In this document: positions 21,736 through 35,700 of the stretch, piece after piece
Layout of the letters: the number at the start of each line of letters is the position of its first letter
How positions within the stretch are numbered: the stretch's first letter is position 1
Assembly (NCBI GenBank): GCA_037379345.1
Contig: CM074511.1
Location: 2,976,001-3,040,000, forward strand
Direction: 5' to 3'
Source of the DNA: Perna viridis
Lineage: Eukaryota
DNA length: 64,000 bases
Program-made: the position numbers and the translations under genes
Notes under the pieces: model-generated
What the model saw: only the letters and a program-made list of their open reading frames with translations
Databases searched by the model: none
What the model was told of the DNA's origin: nothing

Positions 21736-23984
21736 CTATAAAAAAAAATGCATTTTTCATGTTAGAATATATTACATTTGTATATTTAAGTATTTCATGG
21801 TTTTTCTGTCAGTTGCGGATCCAGACATTGGTCAGCTGGGAGAGATTTCAGATTGTTTTCTTAAACCTTTAACTTTTAACAAGGACAGAACAAATAATTC
21901 AGGCCAGGGAGCCTTAACGTAACTAATTGCCGAGTTTTTTAGGCGAAATATGTGCAAATAAAGATGTGTACTAAAATATCCATTTTTCCAATAAAACTGG
22001 TTTAGAACGTCGCCACCGCTCTGAATCTGCTACTGCTTAATTCAAAAGACGATGTTCGTGCGAGACTCCTTATTTAGGGAATGGAACCGATCTTGTGAGC
22101 TATAATAATTATGCAAATCATGCGCCGACGTTACTCAAGACTCAGAATGTCTAGTAGAATTATTAATCTTGGCTTGGGTCTCGTAAGGCAAACTTCTGTC
22201 AAGGTACCGAAATTGATAGGCTTGATGTAAAATTGGTGCTTCATTTTCCAATTCACATTCTGATCCAAGCTATTGTTATTTTGTATACGTGATGATACTG
22301 CTGATATATTACATTACAATACTTAAGTCGCTATATAGTTTCATTAGTTTTCAGCCATCCATCTACCTTCAATAATCCCTTAATTAAAACATTTATTAAG
22401 TAGAGAAATTGTATCGAAACAAGTCCTTCTGCTTACAAAACACGCCTTACTATTTACAAAACATTAAGTGATGTAACATATGATGCGGAATAATCAATTG
22501 ATACATATATGGCACACTGGGTGTTAATTCACCCATAGTTATACAAGATAAACCAAATTAGCTTAGTTTTATGGTGATAATAATTATTTTTAAGAGATGC
22601 AAATGGGGGGCTAAAGCCCTCTTAGCTCAATCCGCCGCTGTCTATATAATTGCAAAAACAAAGACAAATTAGGTTACATTGTACTTGCCTCAATGATAAA
22701 GCAAAAGTGATAAGGCAAATGGCTGTGGAGACAGAGGAGGTAGGGTACAAGAAGTATGTTATAGTATATACATTCAATACTATTAATGATCAAATCAACA
22801 GAAGTAGAAAGGATGTCAATTACTGGTATATATCAAATAAATGTCATTAAAATCTTATTATATTAAAGATGAAATCGTCATAGTCAATCTCACCCATATC
22901 TTTTAAATAATTAGAAAGCAATAGTCCATCATGAGACAGATCACAGAACACTCACCATAGTGGGACTTTTGTAGACCTATACATGTTGATAGATATAAAT
23001 CCTACCAAAAATAAATGCAGCTTTGTCATAGAAACCAGGGTCTAAAAGTAAACCACAAGGTCATTTCTAAGTATTCGATGTTGAAACATTTTGCTTCCAT
23101 ACAAGTAACACAATTAAAAACTTTTTGCATATACAAATGGCAGCAAGAGAAAACCAAGATATTCCATTTTACTAAATTTTACCCTTTAAAAATCGCTTAA
23201 TAGATCTCAAACAGTTTGATTAATTTGTCTTATATATACTATAGGTGAACAAAAATGAAAAATTAAATCGAGGGGAAAATAATGTCTTATTTACGTTAAC
23301 AAATATGTGTGACCTCAAAACATGAAAAATATGCAATACTCAGATTTTAAAATTATGCAATGAAGTGGTTTAGTTTAATTGTCATGTCTCCAAATGTAAT
23401 AAACAAATTACAATACATACATATATATTATGATATTACATTACATATTATGTAAGTCAAACTCTCAAACTAGAATTTTTTTCTTTAAATCAAATAATTT
23501 AGAAAACATGCTCCATATTCTTCAGATTTCCAATCAAAAGCATCTTTTATGGATACTGAATACTTCGGAAAGTCTTTAAAAAAGGCATATGAGTATGGGT
23601 AACTCATATAAAAATCCCATTATAAGTGATTATTTTGTTATGCATACATCCATTTAACTCTTTAAACGATAAAGAAGGATCTCAAAATTAACGTATTTCC
23701 TTCTTAAAAGATAATCTTTTACCATATTTTCTTTTCCGGACACAAGAATTTCAATTTACATGGTATTTCAAATATGACACAGTATTCTTCTAACAAAAAA
23801 CTCATGTGAGTTACTGTTCTAAAAATGATCAAAATTAAAAAAACAAAACAATGTTATGTATAACCAGAATACGCCAATATTACACACATGTGATATGTTT
23901 AATATAGTGATAAGTAATCATCATTATTATATAGAGAGCAGTAATGTACCAAATTTTCCTTGTGTAAACATTTTTCCGATAAGA

Positions 23985-24580
23985 GTACGCAAGGGAACCA
24001 AGGTTATAGGGTAATCAAAAGAATGCAATCCAGGAACAATTACCAGACATGGAAAACAGAAATACACAACAAAGAACACAAAGTAATTTAGATCATACAT
24101 ACAAAGTAACAGAAGCAAATCAGCAACTCGGACTGGGAGCATGGACCAGGTGCACTGGTAGGGTAAGCGTCCTCTGCTTTTCTAGAAACACCCGCCGAGT
24201 TGCTGTTAAAAAGTCAAGTCCGGGGTAGACAAACGAGGAAAGGAAAACTATGACGCGTTGAATAAATCAGTTTTCATGGTGCAGATGGATACACCATAAC
24301 GATCCACGAGTTCATGATGACAACCATAAAACTTCTGTAGTGATGACTTCAATTTTGTAGCACCATAACCCTTTTCCAGAAGCCTATTTGTTAGAGTTCT
24401 AGCGCGATACAAAAAGTCTGTGTAGTTTCGGCAGGCTCTGGCATAATGTATGAGTTGTGATATGAACACTCCATACACAGGTGCTGAAGGGATGTTGCCA
24501 CAGATGAAAGGAAAGTTGACAATTCTGAATGAAAAGTCATCACGTTTGTCGTAAAGTTTGGTCAATAGTTTTTCTTTACG
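23985..24580 (-). mobile_element. Penelope-like (Naiad-type) 3' fragment
   Basis: LYDKRDDFSFRIVNFPFICGNIPSAPVYGVFISQL...DLFNAS*, followed by the family 3' UTR. Confidence 0.8.
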
Positions 24581-25599
24581 ATAAGCCACACTGTGAAATA
24601 AATTCGATAATTCCACTGTCTGACTTTCTTACGCCAAAACGTCACAAAACGTTACAGCACGAATATCAATCTGACATTCATATTTTTTTCTAAATTTATA
24701 TTGAAAATATCTAACAGTAACAGAGAAAATATATATAATGAATATAATAATCAATTGGTTAATAACACATGCCAAGCACTCAGATTTAACTTGTGTCCGG
24801 ATCTTGTTCCGCATACTCGTTAAATCTAGACGTTCTTCGGTACATGTGACCATTTAGGTTATTCCCTCTTTCCAATTATTTATCCTAATATTATCCGTTT
24901 CCCTCTTTCCAGAAATCAACACAAATTTTTTAAAACAAGAACGATAAAAAATTAACAGTACAAAGTATCGAAAAGTGATAGAAAAAAGTTTTACTTTTAA
25001 TTAATTTAGCTACATAAAATATTGATTCACAAGTTATTTGAGGCCCAAACTTTGGCCTTCTTAATTGCATAAACAAATATTTGAAAATCTTATCATTAAC
25101 TGAAAAAGTTACTGCTAACAGACTTTAACTGTGGCATTTTGATGCTGCCCATTAGTGTTAAAATTTTCCAGAAATAATGAACGGTGATTGAAGCGGGAGA
25201 TAAACGCGTTATAAACCCTGGTTTAACCCACCTTTCATTTTGAAATGCTAGGACCAAGTCAGGACCATTGCGGTGGTTCCAACTTTCCGGTTTTTTCCCT
25301 GATCTTACCATTTTTAAACGGACATTGCTTTTGACTACTGCCTGGATTTTATCCATTCGGTAATTTTGTTATTATCCTTTAAATTTTGATTTTAAAAGCC
25401 ATATTAATCAATCAAAAAGAAGCACCAGGAAATATTATTCTTTTGATTTTGGATACAAACTTTAGTATAGTGGATTCTTACATTAACATGTGCTAAAAAG
25501 TAAGCTATGTAAATAATAACATCACAAATAGGATTGAGGTAAGAAGAGAAAGTCTAATAGTCGGATGATATATTATTATTTATGTTAGACAATATTAAT

Positions 25600-27130
25600 A
25601 ATAATATCATTTATTTATTTAGTTTCATAACTAGTTTACAATATGGTCCTGCAATATATATATATATATATTTACAACACGATTTATAAAATTGGCTTCG
25701 AACCAAATTAAAATTACTAAAATTGCCTTTATATATAAAAAAATAATTAGGCATAGCCATCCATTTAAATTTGTTAAGAAGTACAATAGATGGAGTCAAG
25801 ATATTTTGCTCATTTAAAATTATCCGTACTGCTCTTTTTTGAAATTTATAAACTTTAAGTAAAGCATTGCTAGACATAAAACTTTATAATCTACGTAACA
25901 CGCCCAATTTCGATATCTTCTTACTTAAAACATTTAAAAGATGAGACCATGTAAAAAAAAACAATCCATATTTACTCCTAGGAGTTTTTGTACAGTTTCA
26001 AGAATAACATTATTAATTTCAATACATATTTTTCAACATTTTGACAACCTTGTTTTGTTCCAGTTAACATAAATCGTGTTTTCTTTCAATTCATTGTCAA
26101 TTTATTTCTTTTCATCCACTGCGTGGAATTAACCAGATCTGCTTTTAATTTGTATTCAATTAATTTATCTAATACATCTTTGTATCGGCATAAATTGTAG
26201 CATGTGAGTACTTTAAATTTTTTGGATAATCATCTGCATATAGTATAAAAAGTAAAGGTCCCAGTATAGAACCTTGTGGGACACTTATAGTTATATTTTA
26301 AGGCTGTGACTAAATACCATTCCAAGCAACACATTGTTGTCTATTACAAAAATAAGATTCTGACCATAAAAGTGAATTATCACAAATACTGAAAGATTTG
26401 AACTTATGTAATATTACATTATGGTTCACAGTATCAAATACCTTGCTTAGGTCAATAAATCATACACCTGTTAATTTACCATCATCTTTATGTTTCAGCC
26501 ACCGATCAACAAGGTTATTTAATGCTGTCTCACAGGAATGTTTTGGTCTAAAACCAGATTGACAACAACTTATTAAATTCATTTATTAGTAGCTAGATAT
26601 TCATAAAAATATTGAAAACATGTCGTTCAAGAATCTAACTAACAACTGGCAGTAATGAGACCGGTCTATAATTGTTTACAATGTGATTATCTCCAGAATT
26701 AAAAATAGGAGAAACTCGAGGATTTTTCCAATCATTTTGAACATAATTTGTTCAATTGAAAAAATTGAAATATATGTGTTAACACATTAACAATTACATC
26801 TGATGTTAATTTATATAACTTTGCAGATACACCATCTAAATCTGTAGCTTTTCAGCAAACATACCAGAGATTTCCTTTTTTAACAAAACTTGCAGACATT
26901 TTTGGAACACTAACTGAGTTGTTTGGCATGAGTTGTTCGATCTATAGTAAAGAGTCATCACAATTTTTACCTAAATTAACACCAATACTGCAGAAAAAGT
27001 CATTGAAAATGTTCTCTCTTTTTTTGGCCATTTTTAGTCTGATTGTCTGATTTTTAATATGATGTACAGCAGTTTTTGGTTTGAACAACACGTTTAAGCA
27101 AATACTAGTTTGTTGAATAACTTTGGACAG
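25600..27130 (-). mobile_element. Degenerate LINE (CR1/L2 group) reverse transcriptase remnant
   Basis: NYRPVSLLPV, QSGFRPKHSCETAL, DLSKVFDTVNH and VPQGSILGPLLFILYADD motifs, with stops. Confidence 0.85.
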
Positions 27131-27299
27131 CTGTCTACATTGGCATCATTTTTGTACAAATATCAAAATATCTAGGCATTGGATTACAAATGTACTTTCA
27201 ACCATAACACAACGACAATCAACTGACCGATTCTAGTATAAAACTGAACTCTAAAATGAAAGACCAACATTTTGGTTAATTTAATTATTAATGTGTATC

Positions 27300-27710
27300 A
27301 GTACGGGGATTTGATACATTGTATGCACCCAAATAACTTAAAGGATACTACAGACTCTGTGAAGTCAGCCTCATATCTTGACATTCACTTAGAGATCGAT
27401 GGTAAAGGAAAACTATTACCAAACTATATGACAAACGCGATGTTTTTTTTGTTCGTATTGTCAAGTTTCCTTTCATCTGTGGTTGTTTCCAAAAAAACAG
27501 AGGACGCTTACCCTACCGGTGCACCTAGTCCATGCTCCCAATTTTTAGTGAAGTCCGAGTTACCCATGTACCTTTGTTACTTTGTAAGTGTTATTTTGTT
27601 TTTTTTTTCATGTTCTTTGTTGTGTGTGTCTGTTTGCCATTATCTGGTCTTTGTCCCTGGATTACAGTGTTTTGATGTTCACTAGAATTTTGGGTTACTT
27701 GATTACTCTT
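27300..27710 (+). mobile_element. Penelope-like (Naiad-type) fragment with internal deletion
   Basis: DTTDSVKSASYLDIHLEIDGKGKL joined directly to the family 3' UTR. Confidence 0.75.
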
Positions 27711-28929
27711 TCGATAAATAACAATATGTGTAAGTTGGTTTGTATCAAATAAAAGCTTAAGTCAACTTGAATGCCCAAAAAGTTAAATGAAGTATTAAAT
27801 GACATAATTTATCGTATTCTTCCATGTTCTTGATCAGTAACCGATTATTTTTTTAAATATTGTCTAAATAAATCCAAACTTCTGTATACTTTGATAAAAA
27901 AGGAAAGCCATTCATGACTAGTACACTAAGAACAATTCTGAACATTCTCAATCTCTCTTTAACCATAATGCAGGTGTCGACTCAAATGAAATATTAGCTT
28001 CAGTTCAATTTGGAATCGTTATCTCTTAACTTCATCCTTATTATTATTTATGGCGATTGCAGTACAGTTTTGGAGATTTTTAACTAAGAACTCAACTCCA
28101 ATAAGCTGAAAATTAGAGTTCAGTCTTAAATGTTTTGTTTTTTTTTAAATATGTACCTCTGAAGATATTATGACAATAGCATGCAAATGCTTTTTAATCA
28201 CCAAAGTCACGCCACAATAGAAGAGGGAGGTTTAGCGCATCGTAAAACCTAGAATTAGCCCACCATTTCGTCAGAAGTGCTTGTACCAAGCCAGGACCAT
28301 TGCGGTACCAGCTGCTCCAGTGGTGCAATATCTATATCTAAACGGATTAGTGTTCGGTAATTTGTGGTTACCCTTATTTATAGATTGAAGCCCCACCGGA
28401 CACAATTACGAACAAATTTAAATGAAATACCATTAGTGAAAATATTAAAGCGCAACATCATTAACATGGGGTGAGAATTCAAGATGTACCAATATGGCAA
28501 AAACATTCCCATAACATATATTTTTACCTGGTTCTGCATATTTTATTTTTTGGATAATTGACATGACCTACTTGAATTGCTCTAAGGTATATCGAAGGAA
28601 CACAGTTCCGAATAAGTCACAAAATTGATAATATCATCGCAATTCAAACTGGACACTGAAAGCAAATAAAATAAATCCTCTTTTAATGACTTTATTTCTG
28701 GTTAGATAAACATGCTAGTAGATAAATAATTAAAAAAGTAGCATTTCCAATGTAAACAAATCAGTTAGCCATGACAGTAAAAACTCGATGGTTTTAGTAT
28801 TACTCATTAATCACCCTTAAAACGGAGCGCCATCAAAGTAAATGCGAAAAGAAGCAAAACGGAATACAATCAACTGACATTATGGATAATCAGTATATTG
28901 GTTACATTTCAAACATCATATGGCAATAG

Positions 28930-30300
28930 TTCATTGTTTAGAAAATTGTATACATTGCCACTCTGAGGATGTGACAATGCAGAAATCAACAACAGTTGAA
29001 CACCATGAGGCAGTGGTGCCACCTCTCACATACATCACACCCAACCTTTTCTAGTCTGGTATTCAGCATACATATCTCGCACAACCCGTCATCTAAGTGC
29101 ACTTCAATTTCAATGTCATCTGTGACTTAAGTTTGTTGCTGTTTATTGTAGATTTTACGGTTTTCTTTGACTTAAGTTTGTTGCTGTTTATTGTAGATTT
29201 TACGGTTTTCTTTCTCTTGCTTCTTTGTTTCGCATCTTTTCTTTCCACATTTTATTGGACTCAAGTTCTTGTGTTTTGTGACGAACAGTCAGTAATTACT
29301 ATCGCCCCTCAAATTGTTGATCACTTAGATGGAGCTTTTTCTGGTGGCATTATCCTTTAGCACCAAACCAATATCAATGGTCGATCATGGGTTTTCTATT
29401 TCAGCCCGGGTTCTAAGTTTCTTTTTCAAATTTTCTAATACCACATATGAATCTATGGGCCAGAATCGTGCACGCCTAAAAGCTGTAGTGTAGTCCCTTG
29501 GACAAAGAGTGTTGCAGGAATCTTTTCTCGTGGAGCTAATATCGTAGCTGATTGAATAGCTTGCTATATTCTCCTTTGAATTTGTGGAATACAGCTAAAT
29601 CTAGAGGTTGTAACATATGACTTAGGAAGGAGACAGTGAAGTTCCACATAATTGTCTTTGGCAAATCAATAGTATCAGGTGATAGATGAGAGGCAAGATT
29701 ATCAATTATAAGTAGAACAGGAGATTTCTAAGCATCCATTCGTTCGTATTGAAATTCATCGAAGTTTCTTGGAATTGTTTTATTGAAGATTAATATAAGT
29801 GGTAAGCATCTTCCAGTAACTGAAATTGCCATATTGATTGACAAATGACCACCACGTGTACTTATTCCCTCGTGATAGGGATGTTGCCCATCCTCCACCA
29901 GAACTTTTACGCGGATCAACTCCTTTCCACTTATTTCTGTTGCCCATCCACCACCAGAACTTTTACACGGATCAACTCCTTTCCACTTATTCCTGTTTCG
30001 TCGCAATTAAATATGCAGCCTGACTTTTCATGCAAATTCATTTTGTCGACTGTTGTCTGCAGAAGTCTGAAGTATTCCACAACTTTTTCTTTCGATACCT
30101 CAATGCGGGCATTTGATCGTCTGCCTGGCCATCGTAGCTTGATTTCTGTAGGACGCTTTTGAAACCTCTGACGGCATTTGTCACTTGGACCCTTATCCTT
30201 GGGTATTTGTGTGGTGCGTTCGTCACTGCGGATGATAGCAGTAGCAAATTTCTTCAGTATTTTATTTGTTATGGCCTCCCACGCTCAGCCATATACTTAA
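28930..30300 (-). pseudogene. pogo/Tigger-like transposase, 3' part (CENP-B HTH, DDE_1, C-terminal PHD finger)
   Basis: KYMAERGRP...KGPSDK...IFNCDETG...HLSINMAISVTGRCLP...HMLQPLDLAVF...CEIC...GCDVCERWHHC. Internal tandem duplications near 29125-29210 and 29885-29997. Confidence 0.75.
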
Positions 30301-31054
30301 CTTTCATTATACGAGAAAACAAGGCAATGTAGAAAAATATCAATTTCCGCAGTATTCGCAAACCCCAAATTGTAATAGATTTCAAACGTATATGTGTGTT
30401 TTCAAGTATACAAATACATACCCTTCTGTCCGTTTGCTATAATTTTAAAAGCGAGGATTGAAATGCATAAGAATGAGCGAAATATTTCGAGTCAAAAATG
30501 ACAAAATGAAATGATTAAATTTTAGTTTTGTGTTTGTTAATTCCACAAACAAGCAATAAAAATGTAATTATAAATATCTAGTTTGAGTTAAATTTATTTG
30601 AAACCGTAATTGACATTTTGCTATGGCAACGACGCAAAATGACGTCATATTAGCTATGTATCATTTAGTACCAACTTTACCCTGTATAAAGCATATAATA
30701 GATGTATTATTTAAAGAGAAATCTTATGATTTGGGTAAACCCTCTCTTCCTCTATATGTGTGCCAGTTTGCATATTTGGGTTTTTGTCGGTTTAGAAAGA
30801 AACGACAGTTTAAATAAGCCTGAATTTACGTTGCAATAAATATAAAGCTAAACATGTCCAATAGAATAACTTGTTTGTAACTATCACTTCTGGTCATGAA
30901 TGCCAGTAAAAGTTTTGATAAATGTTGTGCTGAGAAATTACCATTAAACTTCCTAAAAGATGTGAAAAAGACCGTTTTCCTTATAGAGTTTTATATCATC
31001 TTCAATTCATTTTCTTCATAATTTGATAAAACTTTAGGATGTACCAAGAATAAT

Positions 31055-32370
31055 CAAGGAAAGCATGGACCAGGTGCACCGATAATGTAAGCGTCCTCTG
31101 CTTTTCTAGAGACACCCAGCGAGTTGCTCATAAAACAGTAATCAAGGGAACCAAGGTTATAGCGATAATCAAAAGAATCTAATCCAGGGACAAAGACCAG
31201 ACATGGAAAACAGACATACGCAACAAAGAATATAAAGTAACTGAAATCATACATACAAAGTAACAAAAGCAAATGAGCAACTCGGACTCCACTAAAAACT
31301 GGGAGCATGGACCAGGTGCACTGTTAGGGTAAGCGTCCTCTGCTTTTCTGGAAACACCGGCCGAGTTGCTCATACAAAGTCAAGTCCGTGGTAGACAAAC
31401 GAGGAAAGGAAAACTATGACCCATTGAATAAATCAGTTTTCATGGTGCAGATGGATACACTATAACGATCCATGAGTTCATGATGACGACCATAAAAATT
31501 CTGTATACTCGACGTCACATACAGCACATCTTCGATTTGAGCTCTATTTTTTAAACTGTCGGGACTTACCGCTAGAGTTGTCTCTCTTTTATTTAATCGG
31601 AAGATAGTTCGCATATATGCATGACGTGAGAGTTTCAATGAGACGTTTATTGGCTGAAATTGTGCGTAACAAATCCTTACGGGAAAATCCTATACTAATA
31701 TCTGCCATGCTGGTTTCTACGGGACGATTTGTTTACAAACGAAGTTCGTAAATTCCCGTCGAACTCCAGTGACAATCGTCTGCTAAATCGACTTCTCGGT
31801 GTTGTACGATGTTTGCGTAGAATAAATCCGAGATATTGGTTTTTGGACAAACCATTTAAACGTAAACAACATCTCCTAGCAACCCGATCACTGTAAACAT
31901 GGCCGACTTTTGACAATGTAAATATTGGGACCGAGAATTAAAATTTCACCGGAATTTAACGATTCCATGTTCAGGGAGAAGCCGTTTGGCTAAACGAATG
32001 AGCAAGTTATTTAAGACAATTTAAACGACGGTAGGTGTCAATAAAGTCGTAGAAAATATATTTATTCAAATTTTAACAGTATCTTGTTTATGTGACGCCG
32101 AGTATAGTGATGACTTCAATCTTGTAGCAGCATAACCCTGTTCCAGAAGCCTATTTGTTAGAGTTCTAGCGCGATACAAAAAGTCTGTGTAGTTTCGGCA
32201 AGCTCTGATATAACGTATGAGTTGTGATATGAACACTCCATACACATATGCTGAAGGGATGTTGCCACAGATGAAAGCAAAGTTGACAATTTTGAATGAA
32301 AAGTCATCACGTTTGTCGAAAAGATTGGTCAATAGTTTTCCCTTACCATTAACTTCTAAGTGTAGGTCAA
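31055..32370 (-). mobile_element. Penelope-like (Naiad-type) 3' fragment with partial tandem UTR, interrupted by a MITE
   Basis: RT thumb (FDKRDDFSFKIVNF...) at 32107-32370 continues at 31503 downward. The UTR is partly repeated at 31055-31130. Confidence 0.8.
31506..32104. mobile_element. Tc1/mariner-type MITE, ~600 bp
   Basis: TIRs TACTCGACGTCACATA / TATGTGACGCCGAGTA, with TA duplicated at 31504-05 and 32105-06. Splits the Penelope sequence CTGTA|GTGATGAC. Confidence 0.8.
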
Positions 32371-32759
32371 GAAATAACATGATTTCCCGCCATATTTCTG
32401 GTTCCCTGCTAATTTATTACTTTATGTGGTAAGACTCTTATTAAGTACCAGTTGTAGCATTTTCATTCGGAACTTCTGATTTTGTGTTTTACTAAAGGTA
32501 AAGAGCAGAAATATGGCGGGAACATTTCAAAATATCCATAGAAACAAGATGGCGGATAAACAATACATTCAATGCAAAATTCTCGTAGGAAAAATAAATT
32601 TTGAATTTTTTTCAATCTCGGAGGTAAGAACGAAAAATAATTGTAAGGGAATCGTAGTACAGAACGACATGAATAAAATGGCAAGTTTTTGAAAGGAACC
32701 GTCGAGTAATTACAAAAATAAACGCAAAAAACCGCAAACAATCTGAGGTGACTTGGACT

Positions 32760-35700
32760 ATAGGACAGACACAACAAGTAACTGTAGGCCAGGACCTATG
32801 CTTAGTAGTATGCCAGCAACAGCGCCACAGGCTAGACCACCATTACAGTACACCCTGACTCCACAACCCACTTATCCAGTATCAGGAGTGAACAATTTAG
32901 CCAACCTAGGACCAGGAAGACCAAGATAACAAACTGCACAGCCCATATTCACTTATACACAACAAAAGTACGACCCAAAACTGCATGCCGAGACCGCAGC
33001 ATGTAGGCTCGTTCATCGCAGATCCAACAACCAATCCAGCTCCGCCGAAGCTCAGAAGTCAACCAGCCATGTTGAAATCGTTGAAATATGACGGGACAGA
33101 AAAGTGTGATTACTATCATCGTTCTTACTTAAATTTGAGATTTTCATAGAAGCTGCAGAATAGACAGACCCAAGAGGCGGAACCGGTTATGATGGTGCCT
33201 GACAGGACCAGCTAGTCAGTATGGCACAAATATATTGCGACGTAATAAGAACATCACCTATGTAGAAAAAATGGGACAACGTTTCAATTATGCCAACGAA
33301 ACTGACACTCTACAAGTAAAATTTCACAATATGCTCGACAGAGTCCAGGCGAAGGTACGTCAGAGTGGGTAGACCGCCTCGCGGCACTTGTAGACAAAGC
33401 TTTCCGTGATGTACCAGAACAACATGTACACCAGCAGGTCATTAAAAAGTTTCTTCAGGCGTTGAAGGACGAAGATTCGGGTAAAACCGCGTCCATGTTG
33501 AAACCAAAAACAATAGAAGAAACTTGTCAACCAGTTAAATTGAGGTCAACACATTGACACTTCTATCTATGGGACAAATAGATGGCATGACCAACACGAC
33601 GATGAACTATCTTGTCATGCCATTACCTATGGTACCCATGAAGAGGCGACGAAGATTTCATTGGATGAATAGATTGCCGCATTAATAAACATCATGCAGA
33701 CATTGCAAGAAAGAACGCAATCAGCCTTTCCAGAACTACGTCAACAGGTGGACAAGTTAGAGCACGGAGACAGGGTCAAGGGATCATCTCAACCACCAAA
33801 AGAACGGGACACATCTTCCCAGTCCTATAACTGCGATGGCTATGGGCACATAGTGAGATGGTGTAGGAAACCCATCCGTGACAGTAGACAAAAACGGGAA
33901 GGACAAGCACCCCCTAGATCACATGGACCTCCAAAAGTTCACGAAAAGCCTTTAAACATGTAAAGGTCGGTCAAAGGGACGTAAGTCTGACCCGAAAAGA
34001 ATATTTTTGCCCAACTTTAAAAACTGACCAAAGTTGTAGTATAGAAAGGGCGATTCCAAAACCCGAAATGAACTCAGAGGAATTGGAAGTTAAGTATACC
34101 GTGAGTGAACCAGAACAGCAAGGGGACATAATAACAATGTGGTCTTAGGTCACAGAGATCCCAAAAGCAAGAAGAAAAAGGAAAAGAAAAAAACTCAGAA
34201 AGATGCCAGCTTAATGTCCTTGGATAAAAATAGTATAGCGCAACCCAGTGATGGTTTCTTATTTGATACATCAAACGACATCATTGTGGAAAACATCAAC
34301 GTACTGGAACACAAAACAGTCACCAAAGACGATCCATTTGATCCACAAAATGCCGAACTTTGTGCATTGTTATTACCATCTGCTGAATCAGACAACGAAA
34401 AAGAGGTGGTACTGATGAAAAAGAGGTGGTACTGATGAAAGATAACACTCAACTAACCATAGCGAAGGATTTACTTGTAGTTCAACTGAACGATGACGTA
34501 ATACCTGACTCCACACATAAGACCGGGAAAGTCGTAGACACAGCACAAGAGGGCAACACTGATCCAAGACTAAAGATAGTCAAAGGTATTGGCAGAGCGT
34601 TCACGATTCTGAAAACATATGTTGCATCAATAATAAGAATACCAGTGAAATGTAACCAACGCCCAATCGTAGCAGTAATCGACACACCGGCCAAAGTAGC
34701 TATTATTTCAGATTGAAAGTTTAATGCTTTGAAAGAGAGAAACCTGTCATATTGAGGAACACCCTTATGTATGTAGCAGGCGGACGTATGTAGATGGACA
34801 CAATCATAGTTGGTCCACTACAGTAGAAGATTGAACCCAAGCTGTATCTAGCAGAAGTATATGTTTCTCCTGACTGACAGTATTCTGATGAACTAGTATT
34901 ATGGTGCAGAGTACAAGATTCCATCAGTTCCATAGCAAAGAGGACTGTCGTTCCAGCAAATTCAGTGGTACACGTTGAGGGAAAGCTAGATTCGGATCCA
35001 GATACATACATCGTAGAATCAACACAACACACCAAAACGCCACTGATGATCCAAAGATGTTATGACAGGAAACCTATCCATATGAATTATGAATAATACG
35101 GACAATTCTTATACCATCAGGAGAAATGCGGTAATTGGACATGCAAGCGGTGCTTCGAGCATCATTGGAAGACTATACTGACATTTTGACATTTTTTCCA
35201 TATTTCCAAAGATGATTTTGATTTTGGCAAATCGAGCAAATGTGGAGTCTCACCGCTACCTTAGAAGGGTCTAAACCCAGTTACTAGTCTGTATCCTCCA
35301 AACCATACCATGGTCCTGATTCATTGGAGATACCGGGTGGCAATGCTGCTACATCTAACACCAGAAGAACGCATTGTGTACATTAACTTCGGACTAGAAT
35401 TTATGACGACACCTACCAACTTTATACCACCAGCTGTTAAATGGAGCGAAGGAGAGACTTTACCTGCTAGGAGCCTTCTAGCGCCGTGACCTCCAAGAAT
35501 CCATCGCCTCAGACAAAGAAAGACCGGATGCAGAACAGACTGTATTTATAAGGCAACAGCTGTATATCCTAGCGTTGAAGGGTAACACCCCTGACATTAG
35601 TGGTCTGTTCTTCGTAGACCTTAAACAACTACAGTGATTGAACCAGTAGACGATAATAGATGGGAGGCATTTGATGTGTATGACTCCCACCTTCATCTTG

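Noticed and set aside
21354-21872. 172-aa plus-strand ORF
   Set aside because: It is antisense to the TGF-beta exon and has no independent features.
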